A stretch of 64,000 nucleotides of DNA, taken from positions 27,404,001 through 27,468,000 of the forward strand of contig NC_086376.1 in NCBI RefSeq assembly GCF_036588685.1. The letters run 5' to 3'. This document shows positions 52,601 through 64,000 of the stretch, one piece after another; the stretch's first letter is position 1; the number at the start of each line of letters is the position of its first letter. Position numbers and translations under genes: made by a program. Under the pieces are notes generated by a model. The model searched no databases. It was given only the letters and a program-made list of their open reading frames with translations, and had not been told where the DNA came from. The DNA comes from Mytilus trossulus (taxonomy: Eukaryota).

Positions 52601-55245
52601 GAATATATTGATAGGGCTGTTCCTATTGTACTCCAAAGTCATATGTATTTTAATCAATGAGCTACCTGACGTCATAGAACAACGACGTCAGAATATAAGC
52701 ATTTTATGGTAAATACACGCTTGTGAAACCGAAAATCATCACAACTAGAAAACGTAAACAAACGATGCTAAATTGCGATATAAGCCAATTTTTTTTAAAT
52801 ATATAAGACATATAAGTAAATTATCATTAAATTCACACAAAACTCTCTAAAATCATTATTGTAAATAGTTTAGCATGTCACTAATTCAGTTTGGTCCGTT
52901 CTTTTACGCCAATTGAATGGTGCGTTTATTTATGGGAACGGCAAATGTCAGCCTCTATCTAGAGCGCTTCGATCCAAAAGAATTACCATATTTGTCCTAT
53001 TAGAATCGAAATAATTCATGGGGGCTTGAATATATCTAGATTTTACCACGGGTTGTCCCTTTATGCCGATATTTTACCCCTCGCTATCGCTCAGGGTAAA
53101 ATATTTGTCATAAAGGGCCAACCCGTGGTAAAATGTGGTAATTTATTTATGTTAAACTCCATGACCTCACACACAACTTACTTGTACACCAGACCTTTGT
53201 CCATAGCTTTGTAGCCATCGTCATAACAATTGTATCTCATGTCAGCCTGGGTACCAACCAACACTATAGGTGTTGTGCTACTTTTTGACTTTATCTCCGA
53301 AACCCAAAATCTTATGACACTGTCCAAAGATGAAGGTTTGACAACACTGAAGCAAAGCAAAACTACATCTGCCCTGTAAATAATGACAGAAAATTTATCA
53401 ATTAAAGTTAATCTTGAATTAACCTTGTCTGAACTACTATTTGGTTAAATGTGTATTGTTATTTATTAAAATGAGTGATGTGACCTATATAAAAGAATGT
53501 TCACTAGGTGCTTATACATAGATTTTTTTATATTGAATACTAGACGGTCTTCCATACATACAAAATGAATATTAGAACCTTCCTTGTATCGTAGCACTTA
53601 GTGCAGCAAAATCATAGCAAAGTATGTAGGATATTCCCCTATATATTTTTTTTAATAGTTCAAGAGCCTAATCGTTCTGTAAAACCTGATACTTAAATTT
53701 CATAAACAAAAGAAATGACCTGAAATGTTGCCTCCAACCATGTACAATGTATGATTGAACAATTCTTTTAACCATATTATGTTTGTGTAGTCAATTGATC
53801 AGTTCATGGAAGACCAGATCAAGTGCACAAAATTATCTCCCATGTTTAAAATAACAAGCAACCAGTATTAGTCCTTTAAAAATATTTGTTTCTCCTGACT
53901 ACAACAAATCATAAGGATCACTTTAGTTTGCTGTCTACATTGTTGACCCAGTATTCTTCCTTTTTTGAAGTGAAAAACGCTAACTTTTCATATTTTGAAT
54001 GTTTACCTTGTTTTCATTATATATGTATCCATTTCAATTAAGAAATTTCTGTAATAATGCATTACTTAGACCCTCTTATACAAATTTCTTTCCAAAACTT
54101 ACCCTTTATAAGCAAATCCCCTATCTTTATCATGGTAACCGAATGTATCCCAGAGATGTAAACAAACTGGTACCCCATCCACATTGCACCAAGATCTGTC
54201 AGATACCTAAAACAATATTTTAAAAACAATTATAAGACTTGTAAGATACGTATAAAATCTTAAACAATTATACCAAAATATATCAGAAACCTAATTGACT
54301 TAAACAAACATAGGTCGTGATGGATGGAGAGTTGTCTCATTGGGGCTCATACCACATCTGCTATATCAGTTTCCACAATAATTTGTAAATAAAAAATGTA
54401 CAGAGGTGTCCATAAAAAAAAATTATTATAAAAGTACATGTAGGTGTAAGAAAATCTTCAGAGGACAGTTTCTTATAATCTTGTAGCTTTATGAATTATC
54501 TTACAAAAAGAGCTGGGTGCAAAAAATATGCATGTACATGTACATGTACAATGTACTGTACTTTATTTCTAGAAAAGAACATTATCTTAAATTTTTTTGT
54601 GGGGGGGAGGAGGGAATGATTGTATATTTAATAAACTGTATCTTTGAAAAAAAAATTGCAGTATTTAGAGTTCAACTTATGTATTTCAACATTTTCAATG
54701 AAAGATTGCTATTTCACTTCAAAATATTTTACTCATTAGCAGTTTTGAAAAGGCAAAGAATTTTCTTTTTCTGCAGTTAAAAAAACAATTTGAGTGGTGC
54801 ATGTGCTCTTTACCGACTGTACCTGAAGTCAGGTTTGTTTATTACAGAATTGGATGTTTATTACTTCAATGACCCAAGGTCAAATTGTATGCACCTAATA
54901 CATTTTAATCATAAAGGTCAATATCAAGCAAGTTCAAAATGTCATCAATAATGAAACTAATCACATTTTATTTTCTATTCAAGTTTATAGACACATATAA
55001 ACCCCCAAATGTACATGTACCTTCTACTTTCTCATTTATTCAGAACAGCATACCTGTTTGTCTTTTATGAAATGATCGATAGCAAAGACTGTAGATACAT
55101 GTGACTTGACCAGGCTTTCCAGTTTGTATGTAGTGCCAACTGACCAGGCACATGTCAGACATGTTTTTCCAACACCTCCATCACCAACCACCACACATTT
55201 CACAAACTCATAATTATCTTTTGGCAGATTTGCTGTTTGAACCAT
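46443..55245 (-). CDS. RHOBTB: Rho-related BTB domain-containing protein (RhoBTB1/2-like)
   Basis: Phase-compatible exons 55245-55054, 54206-54103, 53373-53182, 51793-50973, 49639-49521, 48847-48608, 47259-47111, 46620-46443. P-loop [30 protein letters not shown], split BTB1, BTB2 ([17 protein letters not shown]), C-terminal [18 protein letters not shown]. Confidence 0.93.
47111..47259 (-). CDS. RHOBTB: RhoBTB exon 7 (C-terminal domain)
   Basis: [23 protein letters not shown]...EKNRWTPAW. Confidence 0.9.
47270..48010 (-). mobile_element. Helentron/HINE-like dispersed repeat in a RhoBTB intron
   Basis: Minus strand starts TTTTAGTCAGCTG..GTGAG..CGTCCGTC; internal similarity to 1-722. Confidence 0.5.
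48608..48847 (-). CDS. RHOBTB: RhoBTB exon 6 (BTB2)
   Basis: [21 protein letters not shown]...[10 protein letters not shown]...EPSH. Confidence 0.9.
48830..49150 (-). repeat. 52-bp tandem array spanning the RhoBTB exon-6 splice acceptor (6 copies)
   Basis: Minus-strand unit CCTATTGATGTGTTCCATGTTCATTAAATTTCAG|ATCCCCTTACCAGGTGTG. Confidence 0.95.
49521..49639 (-). CDS. RHOBTB: RhoBTB exon 5 (BTB2 start)
   Basis: [40 protein letters not shown]. Confidence 0.9.
50383..50586. mobile_element. TA-flanked MITE
   Basis: TA-CTGTAAACCAACTTATTTTCGCG..CGCGAAAATAAGTTGGTTTACAG-TA. Confidence 0.85.
50973..51793 (-). CDS. RHOBTB: RhoBTB exon 4 (GTPase end plus BTB1)
   Basis: Core of the 308-aa ORF between AG and GT. 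Confidence 0.92.
51850..52137. repeat. 19-bp minisatellite (ATCATTGTCATRAAGTATA)
   Basis: More than 10 copies grading into an ATC microsatellite. Confidence 0.9.
52551..53155. mobile_element. Non-autonomous element with a subterminal ~95-bp palindrome (Crypton-like, tentative)
   Basis: Palindrome 53040-53134; one arm (ACCCGTGGTAAAAT) repeated at 52585. Confidence 0.45.
53182..53373 (-). CDS. RHOBTB: RhoBTB exon 3
   Basis: [10 protein letters not shown]...[13 protein letters not shown]. Confidence 0.92.
54103..54206 (-). CDS. RHOBTB: RhoBTB exon 2
   Basis: [35 protein letters not shown]. Confidence 0.92.
55054..55245 (-). CDS. RHOBTB: RhoBTB first coding exon (P-loop)
   Basis: [22 protein letters not shown]..; an acceptor 30 nt upstream of the ATG implies a separate 5' UTR exon. 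Confidence 0.92.
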
Positions 55246-55997
55246 TTTTATATTTATATGTTTATCTGGTTAAACCTGTCAATGAAAGAAGCAAATATAT
55301 ATATTTAACACTAATTGTGTTTTATTTTTCAATGACTTCATGGAGTGTTGATTGAACAATAAGTACAAATGTACATTGTACATGTATATGTGTTTGCATT
55401 TAAATGCAAAAAATGTATACATAAAATGTAACACAAAAACATTAAAATGTTTTCATTGTCATCATTATGTTTTTTAATTGATAATAATATAGATTACACG
55501 TCGCCCAAAATGTCATTCATACCCATTGACTGAATAAAAAGTAAATTTGAACTTGAGGGTGTGTACATGTAATTACAACCAATTTAAAATCTAAATGTCA
55601 ATTTTTTAGGCAAATTCTCGTGCGGCAACTGATTTTGTAGAAGTTCAACTCCACGTACAACAGTAAATGATACATGTATCTTTTTTGTTCAAGTATTCAC
55701 CACAGCATAGCATTCTCCGATTTTTAATATTTTGATCAGTCAAATAAGAAAATTGCGATTTAGAAATGTATAAACCTTTCGAAGCGGTGTCAATTGCTCC
55801 ACTCAAGCACAACCAGAAAATCCTCTCACTGTTTTCATTGCAGAACCAAATGTTCTGCATGTGTAGATTACCAGCCGTGATTGTACATGACAATAATAAA
55901 ACCTTTAATAAGATATAAAAATCAACTGATTTTGACAATTTTAGTTCAATTTTGTCCAAAAATAGTGGTAAGTAATGATTATTCTAGTCCTATAACC

Positions 55998-56582
55998 CGG
56001 TAGGTCTTTTCACCACCGAACACCACCGCACACCGCCAAACACCACCGAACACCCCAAAAGTTCATTATTTTGTCTTTTATCGTTATCAATGTGAAGATT
56101 AAAAGTCCAAATATCTACAGAAAACAGAAAGGAAGAGTCTTATAACACCCCACTTTTTGAACTCCGCTGACCCTCATCATCATCGGCTCATGGACACAAA
56201 TATATTTTTGTCATTTTTTCTTCTTCTAACTCTTCTATAAAATAGTTGTACCAAAAATAATAAAAGAGAAAAATATCAAAATCTAACCAATGAACAGAGA
56301 TCCAGGATACTTGAACTGATTACTAATTATGAATATATTTGAATTTTATAACACGCGCAATGTAATCCGGAAAGTGATGAATCCGGAGACGTTTTTCCTT
56401 ATATTGATTTTCGATTTTAACATGAAAATGATGCCCATAAAAATCGAAAAATTGATTAATTTATATGTAATTTAATTTATTTGATCGTTTAATTATATAA
56501 TATCAAAGTTTTTCTTAGTGGTTGGTGGTTTTTGAGGTGTTCGGCGGTGTGCGGTGGTGTTCGGTGGTGAAAAGACCCACCC
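55998..56582. mobile_element. Mutator/MULE-type MITE
   Basis: ~50-bp TIRs with CACCACCGAA repeats; exact 9-bp TSD CCTATAACC (55989-55997, 56583-56591). Confidence 0.85.
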
Positions 56583-57149
56583 CCTATAACCTATCGAATC
56601 ACATTAAAGATATTTTAACAAATATCGAACCGAAAGAAGCTTAGAACAGTAGCTTCCCTTACATATATCACTACAAAATATTCCATCATAGACACTCTCC
56701 AAAGTCCAAGTATAATGAGGAAGTCTAAACTTTCCAAACAGAAACATGCATCTTTATATTTGTAAATCTCAAGATCTATTAAATATTTTATTCAAAAAGG
56801 CGTACATCTTTTATCAGTTAAAGATAATTAATATTGATATAAAGCTTAGCTAAACATTAAGTTGTCACATGTACATATGGAAATAAATTTACGCTTGGAT
56901 GCATTTTATTCCCTCTCCTTTTATGTGACTCATCATCGCAAGATGTGACCATCTATTGTATAACAAAAGAATAAAACTAATCTGATTAGATATTGAGTAA
57001 ATAAGTATTTATCAAAAGATAATGTGTGAAATAAAACCTGTCATCTTTGTTTCTTCGCATCAAATATTACGTGTTCAAACAGAACGTTGTTTATTTCGTT
57101 GTCGGATTATTTATCAACAAAGGCTACGCTTGGTTCTTAAAATATCAAA

Positions 57150-57419
57150 TTGTTCAGAATTAGGTTTACTCCGGTTTGTCTTCTGCAATTTCAATCAAAA
57201 CAATTTAAAATCTGAATGTTAATGATGATAATTATCATATGGATTATGTACTAATAATGCAAATTTTGAATAAAAAATCTTAAAAGGAACAATTTAAATA
57301 AGTATTAAACAAAATATTTTGAAAGACTTCATTTTGTAGGAATCAAACAGTCCCAAAAACTACTTCCGTTGTTTAGCCCAGAAGTGGTGACGTATAACAC
57401 AAGCACCTGCAAAGGGAGG
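57150..57419. promoter_or_regulatory. Likely shared/bidirectional promoter region of RhoBTB and DBNL-like
   Basis: Divergent genes. ETS-type ACTTCCG (57362) and CRE half-site TGACG just upstream of the DBNL ATG. Confidence 0.45.
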
Positions 57420-60400
57420 ATGGCGATAGATTTGCGGAAAAATAAAGAAGCCCTTTTACAGGCTTATAACGAAGTAGTCAGTGATAAAAATAATGTCGAT
57501 TGGTGAGCATTTACACTTTCTTACGTTTTGTAAAGAGGTTTACCAATTAATTCAATTACACTGAAATATCTATAAAAGTATCAAAAGACTTCCGCGTGAA
57601 GTACGGATGATTCAGAATATTATTCATACAACTGTACAATGCATGCATTAACTTTCCCTAACGGTTTATCGTCCTTTTGATCTTTTAAATACTATGCAGA
57701 TAAAACAAAATAGTACTGGAGATTTAGAGATTCTGCAGTTATTTTTTAATTGTGTGTCACTGTCCAGGGTGTTTCTCCTTTAAAATAGACAGTGTATGTG
57801 CATACCCGCATGTGGGTACTAATAGCCAAATTGCAATTCTTGGGTACACGTGCCCACATACGGTTTTATAAGAAAGTGCAATCAAATCGGCATGAAAAGA
57901 GAAATATAATCAGAAACTATTGATAATATGGGGATTTCGTGTAGAACGATAAAGAGTATGAAAAATAATATTTTTAAATTGTATTTTATAATAAAAAACA
58001 TTCTGATTCACTAATTGCGACAAATTCTCAATATATATCACGTTTCATTCCTGATCCGATGCCATTTTTTATATTAAACAGGATGTGGATACGCGTAGCC
58101 TATGGATGGCAATTTGCTAATTGTATGCGCAGACATTGCCTTTAAAATACCTACAATGTTTAATTGCCTGGCGATAGATTTACAATCATGATAATGTAAT
58201 GGGTGATTAACTGCCTTCTATTTGCTGAGCTAGTGGTGTACTCCTTTAACTCAGTTTGTAGAGGAGCAGGTGCAGAAAATCATAATCACTAATCGTAATC
58301 AGTTGTAATCGATTACATTTTACAATGTTATCACATGTAATCAGTAATCATGCAAGTTCTGATTAAAAGTAACCAGAATGTAATTGATTACAATGAATGT
58401 ATAAAATGGTGTTATCATGATTAATTTTAAGAAACTTTATGATTACATTCATTATAAGGGTTACTTGTAAAGGGGGGATGGCTTACTGTGCTAGGGGTCC
58501 TCAGTTCAAATATCAGCTTGTACGGTAATTCACTTTTTATGAAAAAAATCATGTCTCCTGTACGTTCAGAGCAAAGACAATAAAAACCCACATTTTGAAA
58601 AAATAATATGTAACCTTACTAACCATGCTAACCTAGCCAGGAGAAATAATGAATACTGATGAAGATATAATCATTAAGTATAATGGTTTTCACATTTGAA
58701 TTGTTTTACAATAGTCATTTATGTGCCCTTTATAGTTTACTGTTCATTGCGAGCCAAGGCTCCCTGTTGAAGACCACACTTTGACCTTTAATGGTTAACT
58801 TTATACATTTATATTATAATAGCATATTACATGTACATGTTTTGTAATTATACATGTACTGCAATACTGTCCCTGTCCATCTGGTTTTGTAAGTGCTTTC
58901 ATTTGTACAATAAAACTTATATAATAGGTTTGAATTTTGAATATCAGTATTGTCTGGGATAAATTCAGTGTTGATCAACAATTTTATAAAGAGTTATGCC
59001 CCTGAAAATACTAATTATATTGGAAATGGATTTTTTTGGCACTCTCATGTGTACAAATTCTTGCCAGAATTGTATGAAACTTATCATGCTTATATAATAT
59101 ATATGTTTAACATGGTTAATTCAGCAATGAATTCTTTTGTTCTTTTATTTCTTTTCTAGCTCTATTCTCATCAATTGGCTTTAGTCCTCTGTTTACCACT
59201 ATAAAAAAATCTTTGTGAAATGCAGTGCAAAGGCTGTATTGCCAGTCAAGGTCGTTAAACACTTCCATCATCATCTTTCATGGCTTTGTGAAACTACAGT
59301 CATGACTGTGCCAATTCAAACCAAACTTTGGGTGATAATTATACTTTGGGTACTATATACATGTATCTAGTTTTACAATTGTGCCTGATAATTATCCTGC
59401 TGCCAACAATCACACGTATAGGAGTCCTTGCCATTTAATGGTGATTTTATGCATTTTTGCATTTTTGGAGAACTATATGCCATAATGGTGGATAAAGAAA
59501 AATTGTAAACAGCAAAAATTATCAAAAATGAGTCTTATGTAGACGAAACACACGCGTCTGGCGTACTAAATCATAATCCTGGTATCTTTGATAACTATAT
59601 ACACCACTGGGTCAAAGCCACTGCTGATGGACGTTTCGTCCCCAAGGGTATCACCAGCCCAGTGGTTAACATTTCGGTGTTGACATGAATATCAATAATG
59701 TGGTCATTTATATAAATTTCCTGTAAACAAAACCTTGAAATTTTCAAAAAACTAAGGATTTTCTTATCCCAGGCATAGTTTACCTTAGCCTTATTTGGCA
59801 CAACTTTTTGAAATTTTTAATCCTCAATGCTCTTCAACTTAAATATTTTGATATGAGTGTCACTGATGAGTCTTATGTAGACAAAACGGGCGTCTTGCGT
59901 ACTAAATTATAATCCTGGTACCTTTGATAACTATGAACTAATGAGATGTACCATTGATGGACATACATGTAGTCAACATGGTTAATGAAATTGATATTGA
60001 CCATGTTGACATATGTATATATTTTTATAAGATTACTTATACGAACAAATTAAATTTGCAGGGCAGTTTTTGGATATGAAGTTCAGACACCAGTCCTCAA
60101 ATGTGTGGAAACTGGAGGTATAGTACATGTTATATTTACAGAGTAAATTAACAATGCCCCCATACATTGTAGCTTGAATTATCATTAAGAATATCAGTTT
60201 CAAATAACATAGACACAATTGTTACCTAAAATAAGATGCAAGAAATCAATCAGTATTGATGTGATATAGTTATAACGAGACATACAATTGAGAACGGAAA
60301 TGGGGAATGTGTCAAAGCGACAACAACCCAGCCATAGAGAAGACAACAGTCTAAGGCCACCAATGGGTCTTCAATGTAGCGAGAGAAACTCTTGCACCTG

Positions 60401-63400
60401 GAGGCATCCTTCAGCTGGCCCCTAAACAAATATGTATGCTAGTTCAGTGATACGTAATAGACTTCATACTAAACTCCAAATAATACACAAGAAACTAAAA
60501 TTAAAATCATACAAGACTCTCAAAGTAACTATATACCTCTACTATTGTAAAACTTGATGATACAAAGAGAAGTAAGGACCATTGATTATGACAAAAAAAT
60601 CTGAAACATGGTCCATTTAGTCATACAATAAACATGATATATATGAATAAAAAGGAGATTTGTGCACGTTGTGTAAATGAAACAGACACCAAACAACCTA
60701 AGCTGACCAATAAATAGATACCTCAGTTAATAAATGTGTACACAATACATCGATTGTTTACTTGAGCTTTTATTTTATATATTTGAAAGGAGTTTTTGCA
60801 AAATTACAAACTATTATTTTAGACTGAATTTTATAGGTTTTGAAAATAGCTTATATGTAAATTGTAGAAGGTGGACTTGAAGAGATGTCCGATAGTCTGA
60901 ATGGTTCCAAGATCATGTATGCCTACTGCAAAATACTGGATCCCAATACAAATTTACCAAAATATGTACTCATTAACTGGGTAAGTACCTTATACTAGAC
61001 CCAATACAATTCACCAAAAATATGTACTCATGTACTGGATAAGTATCTTATACTGGATCCGAATATAAATCTTCCAAAATATATACTCATTAACCATGTT
61101 AACCGGGCAAGTACCTCATTCTGGATGCCAATACAAATCTACTAAATATGTACCCTTTAACCGGGCAAGTTCCTCATACTGGATGCTAATAGAAATCTAC
61201 CAAAATATGTATTCATTAACTGGGTGAGTATCTTATACTGGATCTCAATACAAATCTACCAAAATATGTACTCATAAACTGGGCGAGTATCTTATACTGG
61301 ATGCCAATAGAAATCTACTAAAATATGTACTCATTAACTGGGTGAGTATCTTATACTGGATCTCAATACAAATCTACCAAAATATGTACTCATTAACTGG
61401 GTGAGTATCTTATACTAGACCCAATATAAATCTATCAAAATATGTACTCATTAACTGGGTGAGTATCTTATACTAGACCCAATATAAATCTACGAAAATT
61501 TTATTATTAACTGGGTGAGTATCTTATACTAGACCCAATATAAATCTACCAAAATATGTCCTCTTTTACTGGGTAAGTACCTTATACTAGACCCAATATA
61601 AATCTACCAAAATATGTACTCATTAACTGGGTTAGTATCTTATTTTAGACCCAATATAAATCTACCAAAATATGTACTCATTAACTGGGTGAGTATCTTA
61701 TACTAGACCCAATATAAATCTACCAAAATATGTACTCATTAACTGGGTGAGTATCTTATACTAGACCCAATATAAATCTATGAAAATATGTACTCATTAA
61801 CTGGGTAAGTATCTTATACTAGACCCAATATAAATCTACCAAAATATGTACTCATTAACTGGGTAAGTACCTCATACTAGACCCAATATAAATCTACCAA
61901 AATATGTACTCATTAACTGGGTGAGTATCTTATTTTAGACCCAATACAAATCTACCAAAATATGTACCCATTAACTGGGTGAGTATCTTATACTAGACCC
62001 AATACAAATCTTCCAAAATATGTACTCATTAACTTGGTTAGTATATTATACTGGATCCCAATACAAATCTACCAAAATATGTACTCATTAACCCTGTTAT
62101 CCGGGCAAGTACCTCATACTGAATTCCAATACAAATTTGCCGAAATATGTACTCATTATCTATACAGGGGCGGATCCAGCCACCAGCCATTTTAAAAGGG
62201 GGGGGGGGGTTTATAGTTGCCAGTCTGTGTTAATCATGTATCTCAATAGCATTCATTCTCTTAATCAGCAAATCATATTTATTGTTCATGCATCCTTAAA
62301 CCTTCAACTGAGTTTAAAGGAAACATTCATACAATTGTGTATCTCTCTTTTTATTTGTAATTCCCTATTTCCTATAATTTTCAAACAAAAACATGAAAGG
62401 AAATATTTTATTTGTTTTTAGAATTCATTTATGTCTGAGAAATCCTTTATATCCTGTTTAATATTCAATCTTTTCTTTAAACATATTTAACAAATGTAAC
62501 TTATAAGTATCTGAAATTATGCAGGTTTATAACAAATATTGCATTCATGTTTGAAATAAAACAATTTAAGTATATATTTTTATCATTTGTTCAAACCATC
62601 TATAACAAATGTGTGTATCTCTGACAGTATACAGGTTACAAATATAGCTTGAAGTATGAATATTAAAAACATTTCATACTTTTAGAAGTACTATTAACAT
62701 TAATATGCCATTTGATTAAATGGAGTGTTATATACATGATACATTATGATACATGTAAGAGTACAAGATAATCTACTTTGTGTACATATTACATGACATA
62801 AAACACTGTGCTGTAGGCTATGGTATAGGTAAGTCATCACCTTATCATACCTTCTACTAGGAATGTATGTTATATCTGTCAATACTACCATTACAAGGTG
62901 GAAAGATTGCACAATAATACACAATTTCTGTCACTTAAACATATGTAGAATTCAATAAAAAGATTTTCATTTTAGAAAATCCACATGATTATATAATTGG
63001 TTAAAAATATATTTATATATAATCATATTTAAAAATTCTCGGACACATCAAATTTTGATTTCTCACGGGTAAATTATGTAATTTGACAGCTTCTTTGGTT
63101 CATTCTTGAGAAAAGGGCTTGCTGGCTGAGATTTTTTAAATTGTATTCCAGTCTGTCAAGAGAAATATTAATGGATCAATAAAAGACCAGGAAATAAAAT
63201 TTCAGAAGAAATCTTGTTGTATGTACCGGACCGGTACTGTAAATTCAGAGATTATTGCATGCATTTATTGTTGCTGTTTTGTCATTGTAGACTAAAATGC
63301 TATTCTAATTTTTGCGATATTGAGAAAAAACCTGTTTAAATTCATCTAAAACATTTCATAATACTAGTTTAAATTTTTTGAGATTATAGCCCTATTGCCT

Positions 63401-63569
63401 TTTTTGCAATGATAAAAACATCTCAATAATTTCTGAATATACAGTATAACTATATATACTGCTAGATTATAAATCTATATAATTCTCTTTGTAGCAAGGT
63501 GAAGCAGCACCAGAATCCATGAAGTTTAAATGTGCAAACCATTTACCAGATATTCAGAAATTTTTTAGG
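57420..63569 (+). CDS. DBNL: Drebrin-like protein / Abp1 (ADF-H domain), 5' exons only
   Basis: Exons 57420-57502 ([28 protein letters not shown]), 60062-60117 ([18 protein letters not shown]), 60868-60980 ([38 protein letters not shown]), 63495-63569 ([25 protein letters not shown]). Phases are compatible. Continues past the window. Confidence 0.88.
59528..59933 (+). mobile_element. Non-LTR retrozyme-like element: 338-bp unit bounded by two disabled hammerhead motifs
   Basis: Direct repeat ATGAGTCTTATGTAGAC(G/A)AAAC..GTC..CTTTGATAACTA at 59528 and 59866; same sequence as the intact ribozyme insert at 36546-36660. Confidence 0.8.
60933..62158 (+). repeat. 58-bp tandem array (~21 copies) spanning the DBNL exon-3 splice donor
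   Basis: Unit ATACTAGACCCAATATAAATCTACCAAAATATGTACTCATTAACTGG|GTRAGTATCTT; copy 1 is the real exon end [16 protein letters not shown]|gtaagt. Confidence 0.95.
63237..63444. mobile_element. TA-flanked MITE
   Basis: TA-CTGTAAATTCAGAGATTATTG..CAATAATTTCTGAATATACAG-TA. Confidence 0.75.
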
Positions 63570-63709
63570 GTAAGAAAGGTGTTTGGTTAAGCTGAATAAA
63601 TAAATTGACACAATACACAGGGATAAATATTGCTTAGCTACTTATATCTAACATTACCATCCAATCATAATGTACCCAACCACACAGTGAAACACATACA
63701 CTTATTTTT

Positions 63710-64000
63710 GAATGCTCTATTTTCTAGGGTATACACATAGTTGGCATTGCTCTATTTTATAGGGTAATTAAACACTTGTTTTGAATTTTCTAGGTATGCA
63801 TGTTATTGTACATGCTCTATTGTCTAGGGTATACACATAGTTTTATATGCCCTATTTTACTGGGTATACTCAAAATTGTGAATGTTCAATTTTGTCAGAC
63901 ATACACAAAATTGTGAATGCTCTATTTTGTCAGACATACACAAAATTGTGAATGCTCTGTTGTCTAGGGTATTCAAATAGAAATTAATGCCCTATTTATA
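63710..64000 (+). repeat. 35-bp degenerate tandem array resembling the acceptor and start of the next DBNL exon
   Basis: Consensus GCTCTATTTTCTAG|GGTATACACATAGTTGTGAAT, about 8 copies, running off the window end. Confidence 0.75.

Noticed and set aside
59606-59665. Possible antisense hammerhead (CTGGTGA..GACGAAACGTC on the minus strand)
   Set aside because: The core is CUGGUGA with a non-canonical stem II closure, and that segment pairs with downstream CAYCAGC; it looks like an ordinary branched hairpin.
60933-62158. Possible CRISPR array or tandem coding repeat
   Set aside because: No unique spacers, unit not a multiple of 3, derived from the host exon end.

Overview
AT-rich animal genomic DNA; the repeat families suggest a bivalve mollusc such as Mytilus (inference). 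There are three spliced genes. (1) A five-SH3 Tks5/SH3PXD2A-like adaptor (+, 20706-33039) whose in-window form lacks the PX domain and starts in a candidate alternative first exon. (2) A complete RhoBTB atypical GTPase gene (-, 55245-46443). (3) The first four exons of a drebrin-like/Abp1 ADF-H gene (+, from 57420), head-to-head with RhoBTB. The first 17.4 kb is a nested set of DNA transposons. An IS3EU-like element (967-17405; ~800-bp TIRs, TAT..ATA ends, 6-bp TSD GGCCTG, transposase remnant) contains a CACTA-ended element (2559-16138), which carries MITEs and host-gene-like fragments. Also present: an intact type I hammerhead ribozyme (36579-36622, -), a retrozyme-like unit with two disabled hammerheads in a DBNL intron, and Penelope-like and L1/Tx1-like RT remnants. 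Most unusual are three minisatellites whose repeat units are copies of real exon-intron junctions, creating 6 to ~21 tandem splice sites in two neighbouring genes. All calls come from reading the sequence by eye; no database searches were run.
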